Part shown: positions 1 through 8,751 of the stretch, in pieces | Layout: every line of letters starts with the position of its first letter | Position numbering within the stretch: the first letter of the stretch is position 1 | Source of the DNA: Bacteroidales bacterium | GTDB taxonomy: Bacteria; Bacteroidota; Bacteroidia; Bacteroidales; JAADJA01 | Assembly: GCA_016933115.1 (NCBI GenBank) | Contig: JAFGBL010000296.1 | Coordinates: 1,170-65,169, forward strand | Reading direction: 5' to 3' | DNA length: 64,000 bases | Notes under the pieces: generated by a model | What the model saw: the letters and a program-made list of their open reading frames with translations, nothing else | Database searches by the model: none | Told to the model about the DNA's origin: nothing | Translations under genes and position numbers: made by a program

Positions 1-1492
1 TAACGCATACGTGAACCATATAGGTAAACTTGAAGGTAATTTTAACGGTTCCATTAAATTAAATAACAGGTGGTCGACCATGCTCTATCTTCACGGTGAA
101 AACCTGAACAATAAAGTCGACCACAACGGTGATTCATTTGTGGATGAACCATTGGTAAAACAATACCATGTTTTCAACCGATGGAAATACGCCCATAATA
201 ACTATATGGCACAATTTGGGGTGCAGCTACTGGATGAGGACAGGACTGCCGGACAGGTGGAATTTGATAAAACTGAAAATCCTGAAAATTCCAGCTATTA
301 TGGTATCAACATCCGAACCAAGCGGTATCAGGCCTGGGGTAAAACCGGATACATTTTTAACAATAATTCTGAAACAAGCCTGGGTTTTATCAACTCTTAT
401 ACTTATCATGACCAGTCATCCTTTTTTGGTTTAACCCGATACAACGGAAGTGAAAATACCTACTATGCCAATTTGATCTTGCAATCAGAGATAGGATCTC
501 ATAAGCATAAGTACAGTACAGGATTAAGTTACTTATACGATGTTTATAAAGAAAGCCTCAACGATAGTATTTTTAATCGTATGGAAAGTGTTCCCGGTGT
601 ATTTTTTCAGTACACCTATTCTAATGAAAAAAACCTGACTTTACTATTGGGTGTACGAAGTGATTTTCACAATTTATACGGAACATTTATTACTCCGCGG
701 GTACATGTGAAATATAATTTTAATGAGCATACCATTCTGAGATCTTCAATTGGAAAAGGGTACAGGTCGGCAAATATTATAGCTGAAAACAGTTATTTAC
801 TTGCAAGTTCGCGAAATATTATTGTAAAACCAACGATAAAGCAGGAAGAGGCTTGGAATTATGGCATCAACCTCACACAAATTTTTAATATCAATGATAG
901 GGATCTGAACATCAATATCGAATTTTATCGTACTGATTTTGTCAACCAGGTAGTTGTTGACCGGGATCAAAGTGTTTCAGAAATTAACATCTATAACCTG
1001 GATGGGAAATCCTTTTCCAATAGTTACCAGATCGAAGCTGTATATGAATTAATACCCCGACTTGATGTTGTTGCGGCTTTCAGGTACAACGATGTACAAA
1101 TGACAATTAGTAACAAGCTCGAAAGAGAGCCGTTAGTAAACAGGTATAAGGGGTTGTTCAGCCTCGCTTATAAAACCAACCTTGATAAATGGCAGTTTGA
1201 TTTTACAACACAACTCAATGGCGATGCAAGATTACCGGATACCAGGGAAAATCCTGCTATATATCAGCGACCGGAAAATTCTCCTGTTTATACGATTATG
1301 AATGTCCAGGTAACAAAAAACTTCAGGAAATGGAATATTTATTTGGGAGTTGAAAACCTTACCGACTTTAAGCAGCATGATCCGGTTATTGCTGCTGACG
1401 ACCCCTTCGGACCTCATTTTGATTCATCCATCGTGTGGGGGCCAATAATGGGAAGAAAATTTTACGGTGGAATAAAATATTGGATTAACTAA
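1..1492 (+). CDS. TonB-dependent outer-membrane receptor, C-terminal beta-barrel portion (5' end outside window)
   Basis: The frame is open to the window edge. It has an alternating beta-strand pattern rich in Y/N/G and ends ...KFYGGIKYWIN, typical of TBDT barrels. Confidence 0.75.
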   Translation, partial: NAYVNHIGKLEGNFNGSIKLNNRWSTMLYLHGENLNNKVDHNGDSFVDEPLVKQYHVFNRWKYAHNNYMAQFGVQLLDEDRTAGQVEFDKTENPENSSYYGINIRTKRYQAWGKTGYIFNNNSETSLGFINSYTYHDQSSFFGLTRYNGSENTYYANLILQSEIGSHKHKYSTGLSYLYDVYKESLNDSIFNRMESVPGVFFQYTYSNEKNLTLLLGVRSDFHNLYGTFITPRVHVKYNFNEHTILRSSIGKGYRSANIIAENSYLLASSRNIIVKPTIKQEEAWNYGINLTQIFNINDRDLNINIEFYRTDFVNQVVVDRDQSVSEINIYNLDGKSFSNSYQIEAVYELIPRLDVVAAFRYNDVQMTISNKLEREPLVNRYKGLFSLAYKTNLDKWQFDFTTQLNGDARLPDTRENPAIYQRPENSPVYTIMNVQVTKNFRKWNIYLGVENLTDFKQHDPVIAADDPFGPHFDSSIVWGPIMGRKFYGGIKYWIN

Positions 1493-1499
1493 AAAATAT

Positions 1500-1868
1500 A
1501 TGATGATGAAAACAATGAAAATATTATTAATAACATTCATTTTACAAATGGGATTTATAGCTAATTCTCAGGAAGAGAAAGATGATAAATTCAAAGAAAT
1601 TGAAATTAAGACATCCGCCCAATGTGAAATGTGTAAGGAAAGAATAGAAAAAAATATGGCATTTGAAAAAGGTGTTAAAGATGTGGTACTTGACCTGGAA
1701 ACCAAAGTTCTTACGATTAAGTATAGGTCTGATAAGACCGATCCGGGAAAATTAAAAAAAGCTGTTTCAAAAATTGGATATGATGCAGATGACGTAGCAG
1801 CCGATCCCAAGGCATACGAAAAACTGCCCGATTGCTGCAAAAAGGGAGGGCATGACCACGAGCATTAA
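1500..1868 (+). CDS. Secreted heavy-metal-associated (HMA) domain protein with Cys/His-rich tail
   Basis: Signal peptide, then an HMA fold with a CEMC (CxxC) metal site and the tail DCCKKGGHDHEH. It starts 8 nt after the receptor stop. Confidence 0.7.
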   Translation: MMMKTMKILLITFILQMGFIANSQEEKDDKFKEIEIKTSAQCEMCKERIEKNMAFEKGVKDVVLDLETKVLTIKYRSDKTDPGKLKKAVSKIGYDADDVAADPKAYEKLPDCCKKGGHDHEH

Positions 1869-1873
1869 AAATG

Positions 1874-1899
1874 AAAAAGCCCTGATATCAGGGCTTTTT
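1874..1899 (+). terminator. Rho-independent terminator
   Basis: The stem gccctg/cagggc has an A-run before it and a T5 run after it, 6 nt past the HMA stop. Confidence 0.75.
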
Positions 1900-2300
1900 C
1901 AGAAGAAGACTTAATATCTGGCTTGAAAAATTTATTTGTTATGGGATCAACGTAAGTTTAACAACATTTTCGGCTGCCAGTAAAAGCACAAAAAAAGCAA
2001 TTACCAACAATAGTAAAATAAAATTCGGATTAACCTTAATCATTCTGAAATGCTTCATTTTTAATACCAATCTATTTATAAAATTCATTTTTCTTCTTTT
2101 TCAGATTAACTAACAATAGGTAGATGTTAAATTTATTGATTAGGTTGCGTCGGTATAATTTTTCGTAGAAAAATCCATTGTACATTGCACGCAACCCTTC
2201 AAATTAAAAATCCATCTACATTACGTTGATCCTTTTGAGAGAGAATACAATTTTTTTCTATCTTAGTGGTTTTACTGATATTCAAATCTGGCAAAAACCG

Positions 2301-2861
2301 GTGGCTAAGATAGATATTGAGGAAATATTAAAAGGGTGTGTTAAAGGCAGCAGGAAAGCACAGGAACAGTTGTTCAAACTGTATTCAGACGAAATGTATG
2401 GTGTTTGTCTCTATTACTCCAAAGATTATACAGAAGCTGAAGATACACTTCACGAAGGATTTATAAAGGTTTTTCAAAAAATTGATCAATTTAGTCATAA
2501 GGGTTCTTTGGCAGGTTGGATAAAAAGGGTAATAATAAATACTGCCCTTGAGAAATTTCGAAAGCAGCACAAACTTTTTGCCCTCGGGGATGAGTCTGAT
2601 TATATCGATGACATACAGGAGGAAAAAGTCACCAGTGATATTTCAACACAAGATTTAATTAATCTTATCCGGGAATTATCACCACAGTACAGAATGGTTT
2701 TTAACTTATATGCCATTGAAGGATATTCACATAAGGAAATTGGTGAAATGCTCGGAATCTCAGAGGGGACTTCCAAATCGAACCTGGCCAGGGCAAGATA
2801 TATTTTGCAGGAAAAGGTTAAAAAATATTTTTACACATCTGATTTTAAAGATGCAAAATGA
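2301..2861 (+). CDS. ECF-type RNA polymerase sigma-70 factor
   Basis: Region 2 (LHEGFIKVFQKI) and region 4 HTH (YSHKEIGEMLGISEGTSKSNLARAR) are present. The ORF is open from 2226, but GTG at 2301 gives the usual ~186 aa. Confidence 0.8.
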   Translation: MAKIDIEEILKGCVKGSRKAQEQLFKLYSDEMYGVCLYYSKDYTEAEDTLHEGFIKVFQKIDQFSHKGSLAGWIKRVIINTALEKFRKQHKLFALGDESDYIDDIQEEKVTSDISTQDLINLIRELSPQYRMVFNLYAIEGYSHKEIGEMLGISEGTSKSNLARARYILQEKVKKYFYTSDFKDAK

Positions 2862-4243
2862 GTGATGAAATAAAAAATATTGATAAACTTTTCAAAGGCG
2901 GTTTAAGGGGATACAAGCACACCGTGCCTGTAAATGCCTGGAGCCGGATTGATGAAGACTTATCGCGGTTTGATAAACGCCGTAAATTCTTTTATTTCCG
3001 TTTGGTGGCCGCATCATTGCTCATTTTGATCGCTTTTGGAGCCGGATATTTTTATGGTATTTACAATGTAAAAGATATCTCTGATCAAACCTCTCCCAAA
3101 CAATCAGATCCTACTGAGGTTAATCAGGTAAATTCCGAAACCCTACAAAAAGAAACTGCGCAAGAGATTTTAATACCTGAGCCTTCAACAAGTCAAAATA
3201 TTGCCGTTGAGCCGTTGAAAATTCAAAGTGAAATTGCCCTTTCCAGGAACATTAAAGAGCCGAAAAACGAAGAGAGGACTACTATTAGACTTTCGACTGA
3301 TGAATATAAAATTTCCTATATTGGTTATATTACCGCAAAATCGCTTAACATTAAATTCAATGAGAATATTGATGATTTAAATGTCGACCTTCAGGATAAC
3401 ATTAATTCTGAAAAATCACTGGTAGAACTGGGAAATAAGGATCAGGAAACGTTTATATTTATTCCCTATGATAAAGAAAAGACAAGCAAGACTGATGTGA
3501 AATGGGCCTTAGGAGCACAGTTTGCCCCTGTAATCTCATACCGTGATATTAGCATTTCATACGAGGATGGGCAAACCGGAAATATCAATGATACCGAATC
3601 CCAACTCAATCATGCCGAAGACCCGCTTCTTGCCTATGCCGGTGGAATTGATGTGAATTACAATATTAACAAACGGTGGGTCATCCAGTCTGGTATGTAT
3701 TATTCCAGGATAGGACAGGTAAATAACCAGGCATTGAATTTCAAACAGGAAAATAATCAATACCTGCTTTTTGCTGTTAATACCTCAACCGGTGATATCA
3801 ATATTTCGTTTGAAAAAATTCCGGACCATATAAAGAAATTTGAAAGTCAGAAAGATACGATTCAAGCCATTGGCCTTGATAATATTAAAGTTGTACAAAA
3901 CTTTGATTTATTTGAAATTCCGGTTGTTATTAAATATAAAATCCTGAACAAACAATTCGGCATTAACATTTCAGGGGGATTAAGTCCTGCCTATTTACTT
4001 AATAACAATACTATACTTGAAGTAAACAGTGATAAATACAACATCGGCAATTCGGCCAACCTGAACTCTCTGATTGTTAATACCACATTGGCTTTGGGAT
4101 TCGATTACTCCATTTCAAAAAAGATTTCAGTAAATTTCGAACCTACGTTCAAATATTCCTTAAGCCCGATCAATAACAACAGTCAGTTTTATTACCATCC
4201 CTATTACTTTTCCTGGTTTACAGGAATCAGGTATAAATTCTAA
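2858..4243 (+). CDS. Sigma-coupled membrane protein: N-terminal single TM segment plus C-terminal OM beta-barrel-like domain
   Basis: ATGA overlap with the sigma gene. One TM helix (aa ~44-66), a low-complexity linker, and a C-terminal half with beta-strand periodicity ending ...FTGIRYKF. Confidence 0.55.
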   Translation: MSDEIKNIDKLFKGGLRGYKHTVPVNAWSRIDEDLSRFDKRRKFFYFRLVAASLLILIAFGAGYFYGIYNVKDISDQTSPKQSDPTEVNQVNSETLQKETAQEILIPEPSTSQNIAVEPLKIQSEIALSRNIKEPKNEERTTIRLSTDEYKISYIGYITAKSLNIKFNENIDDLNVDLQDNINSEKSLVELGNKDQETFIFIPYDKEKTSKTDVKWALGAQFAPVISYRDISISYEDGQTGNINDTESQLNHAEDPLLAYAGGIDVNYNINKRWVIQSGMYYSRIGQVNNQALNFKQENNQYLLFAVNTSTGDINISFEKIPDHIKKFESQKDTIQAIGLDNIKVVQNFDLFEIPVVIKYKILNKQFGINISGGLSPAYLLNNNTILEVNSDKYNIGNSANLNSLIVNTTLALGFDYSISKKISVNFEPTFKYSLSPINNNSQFYYHPYYFSWFTGIRYKF

Positions 4244-4331
4244 ATTATAGAAATTTTTAATGATACATCGGAACCTGGCCAAAAAACAAACTGAATCAGT
4301 AAGGGATATACCGGGGAGTTGGTATATATAA

Positions 4332-4355
4332 AAAACCAACTCAAAGGTTGGTTTT
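4332..4355. terminator. Bidirectional terminator hairpin between convergent genes
   Basis: A 9-bp stem aaaaccaac/gttggtttt with A-run and T-run flanks. Confidence 0.6.
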
Positions 4356-4378
4356 ACATTTTATTTTGAGTCATTGGT

Positions 4379-5146
4379 TTATCTCCTTCTTCGCATAGGT
4401 AAATATCCTGGCATTCGTCCCCGGGTGCTCTTGCCTTTACCATAACTTTTGGATTTTTTGAAGCTCTCAATGTAATAAGTAACTCCTACACTCAGGTATG
4501 AATAATAGTCGTTGTTCTCATTTTTATTAAAATCATCCAATTTATCGTTTTGCGCCTGCCTCATCGCCATGTCAACTGTAGCTCCAAACTTATCGGTGAT
4601 TTTATAGGACATCCCCAAACCAAAGAAATAAACAAATTCAGGAATTCCGGTACTGTGAACATTAGATTCTGCATTTGTATCGCTTAAATCCCATTTTGTT
4701 GTTTTAAACAAGAATTGTCCTATACCGGCATATCCATCAATTCCAAGTTTAGAAATATTATCGGGAGAAAACAAGTTGATGAAATTAACCCTGACATGGA
4801 AGTTGTATTCCACAAAACTGGATTCAAAAGACTGGCCTGACATATTTTCACCCTTTAAGTTACCATATAGTAACTGACCGGAAACTCCGATTTTTCTGCT
4901 TATATTTTTAGTCAGAATACCTCCGAATGCTGGCCCGCTTTCCTGTGTAAGCTTTTCCATCACTTCGGTATCATAGATACTAAGATCACCAAAAAATGAA
5001 GATAAACCCATATTTACATTAAATGACCAATCGTCCCAAAATCCGGGTTTTCTTCGGCCACCCCAACCTTGTGCAGATGACAATTCCGGCATTACCATAC
5101 CAAAAATGATCACCGACAAAACCAATATTTTTAATTCTCTTTTCAC
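4379..5146 (-). CDS. Outer-membrane beta-barrel protein (porin-like, DUF6089-like), paralog 1
   Basis: Signal peptide ending SSAQ and beta-barrel periodicity. About 50 percent identical by eye to the next ORF (WSFNVNMGLSSFFGDLSIYD vs WSLGVNAGQTAFFGDVSLYD). Confidence 0.6.
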   Translation of the reverse strand: MKRELKILVLSVIIFGMVMPELSSAQGWGGRRKPGFWDDWSFNVNMGLSSFFGDLSIYDTEVMEKLTQESGPAFGGILTKNISRKIGVSGQLLYGNLKGENMSGQSFESSFVEYNFHVRVNFINLFSPDNISKLGIDGYAGIGQFLFKTTKWDLSDTNAESNVHSTGIPEFVYFFGLGMSYKITDKFGATVDMAMRQAQNDKLDDFNKNENNDYYSYLSVGVTYYIESFKKSKSYGKGKSTRGRMPGYLPMRRRR

Positions 5147-5214
5147 GATTATATAGTTTTTTTATTTTTCAATATTAAAGCTTCATTCATTTTATAGTTA
5201 AATCCACTAGTTTG

Positions 5215-5991
5215 TTAGTTCTTATATCTTCTAATTAAAGGAGATTTCATCCCCAGTTTTTTATAGTATCGGGTATCCCTGGGTCGATTATTTATTTTAT
5301 ATGTAAATCCCAGGGAGATATATGAATAATAATCTTTATCTTTTTTATTTGAAGTGCCATCCAAACGATCATTGTTAACCATCCTGGCTGTTCCATCAAA
5401 ATTTACATCGAACGCATGGTTGATGATATAAGAAGCACCACCTCCAATCAGGTATAGAAATTCAGGAGATTCCGGTTGAACCAGTAAATCCTGTTTATCA
5501 GGATCATCATACATTAACCGGGATTCAAACTGAAACTGTCCCATACCCAATTTACCATATAAGAAAAAGTGTGCATCATTGTCAGGTAAAAGCAAGTTGA
5601 CAAAATTCAACGTCAGATTAACTGAGTAATCCATGATATCGGCAACAAACTTCGATCGGGAATTACTGCCTTCCAGCTTGCCAACGAGCAATTGACCGCT
5701 TAATCCAATAACCGGAGTAATTTGCCTGTTTAAAGAGACTCCATATGCCCAGGCTCCCTCTTTTGACAATTTTTCACTCAACTCATCATCATATAGACTG
5801 ACATCCCCAAAAAAGGCAGTTTGTCCTGCGTTTACACCCAACGACCAATCCTTTGCCAGTTTGGACCAAAAAGATGGAGGTTTATGGTATTGACCAAAAG
5901 ACTTACTCTGGATAAGAAAAATCAATCCGATGAGAACCAGGTTCCATACGATTAAAAAAATGATGTTATATCTTTTGTCCTTTCTTTTCAT
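5215..5991 (-). CDS. Outer-membrane beta-barrel protein, paralog 2
   Basis: Tandem paralog of 4379..5146. The ORF is open to 6051, but MKRKDKRY at 5991 precedes the signal anchor. Confidence 0.6.
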   Translation of the reverse strand: MKRKDKRYNIIFLIVWNLVLIGLIFLIQSKSFGQYHKPPSFWSKLAKDWSLGVNAGQTAFFGDVSLYDDELSEKLSKEGAWAYGVSLNRQITPVIGLSGQLLVGKLEGSNSRSKFVADIMDYSVNLTLNFVNLLLPDNDAHFFLYGKLGMGQFQFESRLMYDDPDKQDLLVQPESPEFLYLIGGGASYIINHAFDVNFDGTARMVNNDRLDGTSNKKDKDYYSYISLGFTYKINNRPRDTRYYKKLGMKSPLIRRYKN

Positions 5992-6298
5992 TTCTGGACT
6001 ATTCAATTCATATATAATCCCAAAATTTAAATTGGGAATAAGCAATTTCAATGTTTATACCAAAATTTATAAAACACTGATTTTTCGCTATTTATAAAAG
6101 CATATACCAACTAAAAGATGAAGTAAAAAACTAATTTTAATGGGGGTAATTGAACTAATTGCTAATTATCAGCACTTTAGCGATAAACAAGTTGAAGTGG
6201 TTGTCTCCGGTTTCGTAGGAAGTTTTCTACTATAACCTTATAATTCAGGCTGAATTAATGTGTTTTATTAATAAAAATTCAATCGTGAAAAATTTTAA

Positions 6299-6943
6299 TC
6301 AGCAACCTCCTGCCGTCCCAGATTTTTTTTCCCTTTTGATGGGTATAACGTTTTCAGGTTTAACTTGCTCTGTTACAGATTTTATATTCTCCGATGTAGA
6401 TTGGTCAATAAACTCTGAAAAATTCATGACTGGCTCTTCAACAATATAATTGGGTTTATGTATGTAGTCAGCTTTTCCAGGTTCCAGTTGATGAAAAAAA
6501 TCATACCCTCCAGCAAGGACCTGTACATTATTGAAACCCAATTGCCTTAGAAACATCCATGGACCATTTGCTTCCAACTGATTTTTTCCATAAAGTATAA
6601 CATTTACAGAATTCTTTTCACTTTCTTCGAAAAATGAAAAACCATCCTCAGATAAAATCTCCGAAACCGGAATATTGATTGCATTTTCCAAATGTCCGCG
6701 GCTAAAGTCGTAAGGGTTTCGCAAATCGACCAAAAGGTATTGCTTGCCACCAGATGAAAGCATTTGTTTCATTTGCTCTGGAAGAACCGTGTTATCAGGA
6801 TTTTGAAGTTCCTTGAGCATCTCATTTTCAGAAAGACCATACTCAAATTTTGGCGGTTTCAGGGTTATAAATCCTACAACGATAATGAGGATGAAAACTA
6901 TAATAGCCCGGGTTAGCCTGTGTGTCCTGTTAATATCTTTCAT
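6299..6943 (-). CDS. Membrane-anchored rhodanese-fold protein lacking the catalytic-loop Cys, C-terminal ...REKKSGTAGGC
   Basis: N-terminal TM helix and rhodanese signatures LVDLRNPYDFSRGHLENAINIP ... VQVLAGG. The loop position reads ILYGKNQ, and the only Cys is the last residue. Confidence 0.8.
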   Translation of the reverse strand: MKDINRTHRLTRAIIVFILIIVVGFITLKPPKFEYGLSENEMLKELQNPDNTVLPEQMKQMLSSGGKQYLLVDLRNPYDFSRGHLENAINIPVSEILSEDGFSFFEESEKNSVNVILYGKNQLEANGPWMFLRQLGFNNVQVLAGGYDFFHQLEPGKADYIHKPNYIVEEPVMNFSEFIDQSTSENIKSVTEQVKPENVIPIKREKKSGTAGGC

Positions 6944-6960
6944 GCTTGATCTTTTTAAAA

Positions 6961-7578
6961 TTAACAGCCTCCTGCTGTAACTGACTTTTTTTCACGTCTT
7001 TTGATAATCACATTTTCTGTTGAATTTTCAGTATTGGTTTCGATATTTGCTCCGCCCCCGAAATACTGGCTGGCGGCCAACCTGAATGAATACATGTCGA
7101 AATCCTGTGAAGGGGATCCAGGGGACGGAGATTTAGGTTGCATGATGGATTCAAACCAATGATTCAATCCACCTTTCAAAACATACAGATTTTTATATCC
7201 CCTCCGGGCACATAAAATCCAGGCCTGGTCTGCCCACAAGTCACCATTTGAATAAAGGACAATCTCCAGATCATTCCTGTTAAGATACCCTTCATTGTCA
7301 ATTAACAACACTTGTTCCAATGGAATATTGATTGCTCCGGGTAAGGCATATTCCCCGTACTGAGCAGCAGGCCTGACATCTACCAGTAAAATGGAAGGAT
7401 CCTTTTCAATTAAGCGGTGTGCTACCAGGTCAGTGCTAAGATATCTTGAGGAATTATTTATTTCCATTAAAAGCTTTTCGGGATCCAACTCTTTTTGATT
7501 CTTTTTTTCCGGCAGGAATACAAGAACCGCCGCACCCAATATGGCAACAATAGTTAATAATATGTATGTCCTCGACAT
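6961..7578 (-). CDS. Membrane-anchored rhodanese-fold protein lacking the catalytic-loop Cys, C-terminal ...REKKSVTAGGC
   Basis: N-terminal TM helix and LVDVRPAAQYGEYALPGAINIP ... YVLKGG. The loop reads VLYSNGD, and the tail is the same as in 6299..6943. Confidence 0.8.
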   Translation of the reverse strand: MSRTYILLTIVAILGAAVLVFLPEKKNQKELDPEKLLMEINNSSRYLSTDLVAHRLIEKDPSILLVDVRPAAQYGEYALPGAINIPLEQVLLIDNEGYLNRNDLEIVLYSNGDLWADQAWILCARRGYKNLYVLKGGLNHWFESIMQPKSPSPGSPSQDFDMYSFRLAASQYFGGGANIETNTENSTENVIIKRREKKSVTAGGC

Positions 7579-7592
7579 GTGTTTTCCGTTTT

Positions 7593-8183
7593 TTAATAGT
7601 TAACTTCCTTGATCCTTCGTCCGATAAGACTGGTTACATAAAATGCTGCCAATGCCATAACCGCAAAAAGGAAAATAAATAAGTTATCCGAAATTCCCAA
7701 TGATTCAGTAACTTTTACCGAGCCCAGGTAATTTCCATTGTATAAACCTTCCCAAACCGGATAACCTTCACTGAATATAAAAATTCCCAGCATCAATCCT
7801 ATGGTAAATATGATACCATCAATTTTTCCAATGGCAACTGCACATAAACTGGTACCTGGGCAAAAACCTCCTGTAATAAATCCCAATCCCATTATAAGAC
7901 CACCTACGATCGCAGCTGTTAGATAAGTTGGATGAATGTAAGCAAGCGACATGTCAATCCATCCGACATAACTGAAGTATGCCAGTCCCACTGCAGTCGT
8001 CACGGCAGCAGTAAAAAAAACTCTTAATACCGTAAAATCATAACCATAAAACAATCCGACAATCTTTCTTGAAGATGAAAAGCCTGAACTTTCCAAAACA
8101 AATCCAAATGCTACTCCGATCAGAACCGCCATTACACTGTTCCATTGATCCGGAATGATACCCATTGGAATTAAAGGTCCCAT
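7593..8183 (-). CDS. YeeE/YedE-family sulfur-compound transporter, C-terminal-type half
   Basis: Polytopic, with the GGFCPGTS motif. The ORF is open to 8240, but MGPLIP at 8183 avoids overlap with the upstream half. Confidence 0.75.
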   Translation of the reverse strand: MGPLIPMGIIPDQWNSVMAVLIGVAFGFVLESSGFSSSRKIVGLFYGYDFTVLRVFFTAAVTTAVGLAYFSYVGWIDMSLAYIHPTYLTAAIVGGLIMGLGFITGGFCPGTSLCAVAIGKIDGIIFTIGLMLGIFIFSEGYPVWEGLYNGNYLGSVKVTESLGISDNLFIFLFAVMALAAFYVTSLIGRRIKEVNY

Positions 8184-8202
8184 AATATTAAGTTTAAATT
8201 TC

Positions 8203-8751
8203 CTAAATCCATAATTTTCTGAAAAACCATGCAAAAGCATAGGCTGAACCGAATATAGCCAGCATTGTCAGGAATCCCCCCAACGATAACACAGCAGCAC
8301 CCGACAGGGCTGCACCACTTGTACAACCGCGTGCCACCTGTGCACCAAATCCAAATAGCACACCTCCAATTCCCGCAAACAATAACCGCCTTTTGTTTGT
8401 AATTTTAGGATTGTGTTCGGTTTTGAGTTTCAACCTTCCTGAAATCGCTCCTGATAAAAATGCGCCGGCCAATACTCCTATGACTTCAAAAACAAGCCAG
8501 GTATTCAATGGATGGTTATCATCGCTGAGAAACTGACTGTAATAACCTGAATTTTCAGCATGTTCCGGTGCAAACCTGTCAACAACAGCGACAACCGTAC
8601 TTTTCGCTGCACCACTGGCCCCCAATCCCCTGCCTGTTATATAAAAAGTAGCAAGCAATACCATACCCAGAAGTACCCCTCCAAAATAGGGATTAAAATA
8701 TACCTTACTGCGATCTTTGTGATTCGTATCCATGTTTAGTAAAATTTTCAA
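8203..8751 (-). CDS. YeeE/YedE-family sulfur-compound transporter, N-terminal-type half
   Basis: Polytopic, with the ARGCTSGAALSG motif. There is a 4-nt overlap with the upstream NrfD gene. Confidence 0.75.
   Translation of the reverse strand: MKILLNMDTNHKDRSKVYFNPYFGGVLLGMVLLATFYITGRGLGASGAAKSTVVAVVDRFAPEHAENSGYYSQFLSDDNHPLNTWLVFEVIGVLAGAFLSGAISGRLKLKTEHNPKITNKRRLLFAGIGGVLFGFGAQVARGCTSGAALSGAAVLSLGGFLTMLAIFGSAYAFAWFFRKLWI

Noticed and set aside
1942-2043. 33-aa hydrophobic minus-strand ORF (MIKVNPNFILLLLVIAFFVLLLAAENVVKLTLIP) in the 330-nt gap before the sigma gene
   Set aside because: It is plausible as a small membrane peptide, but only the ORF itself supports it. There is no promoter box, terminator or known family.
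2144-2205. ggttgcgt ... acgcaacc inverted repeat upstream of the ECF sigma gene
   Set aside because: It is an 8-bp stem with a loop of about 45 nt. That is too weak to call as a regulatory structure without comparative data.
6299-6301. TGA directly after the terminal Cys of the first rhodanese-like protein as a possible selenocysteine codon (a Cys-Sec end as in thioredoxin reductase)
   Set aside because: The paralog ends with TAA after the identical AGGC tail. Read-through would only add about 17 unrelated residues, and I saw no SECIS-like hairpin.
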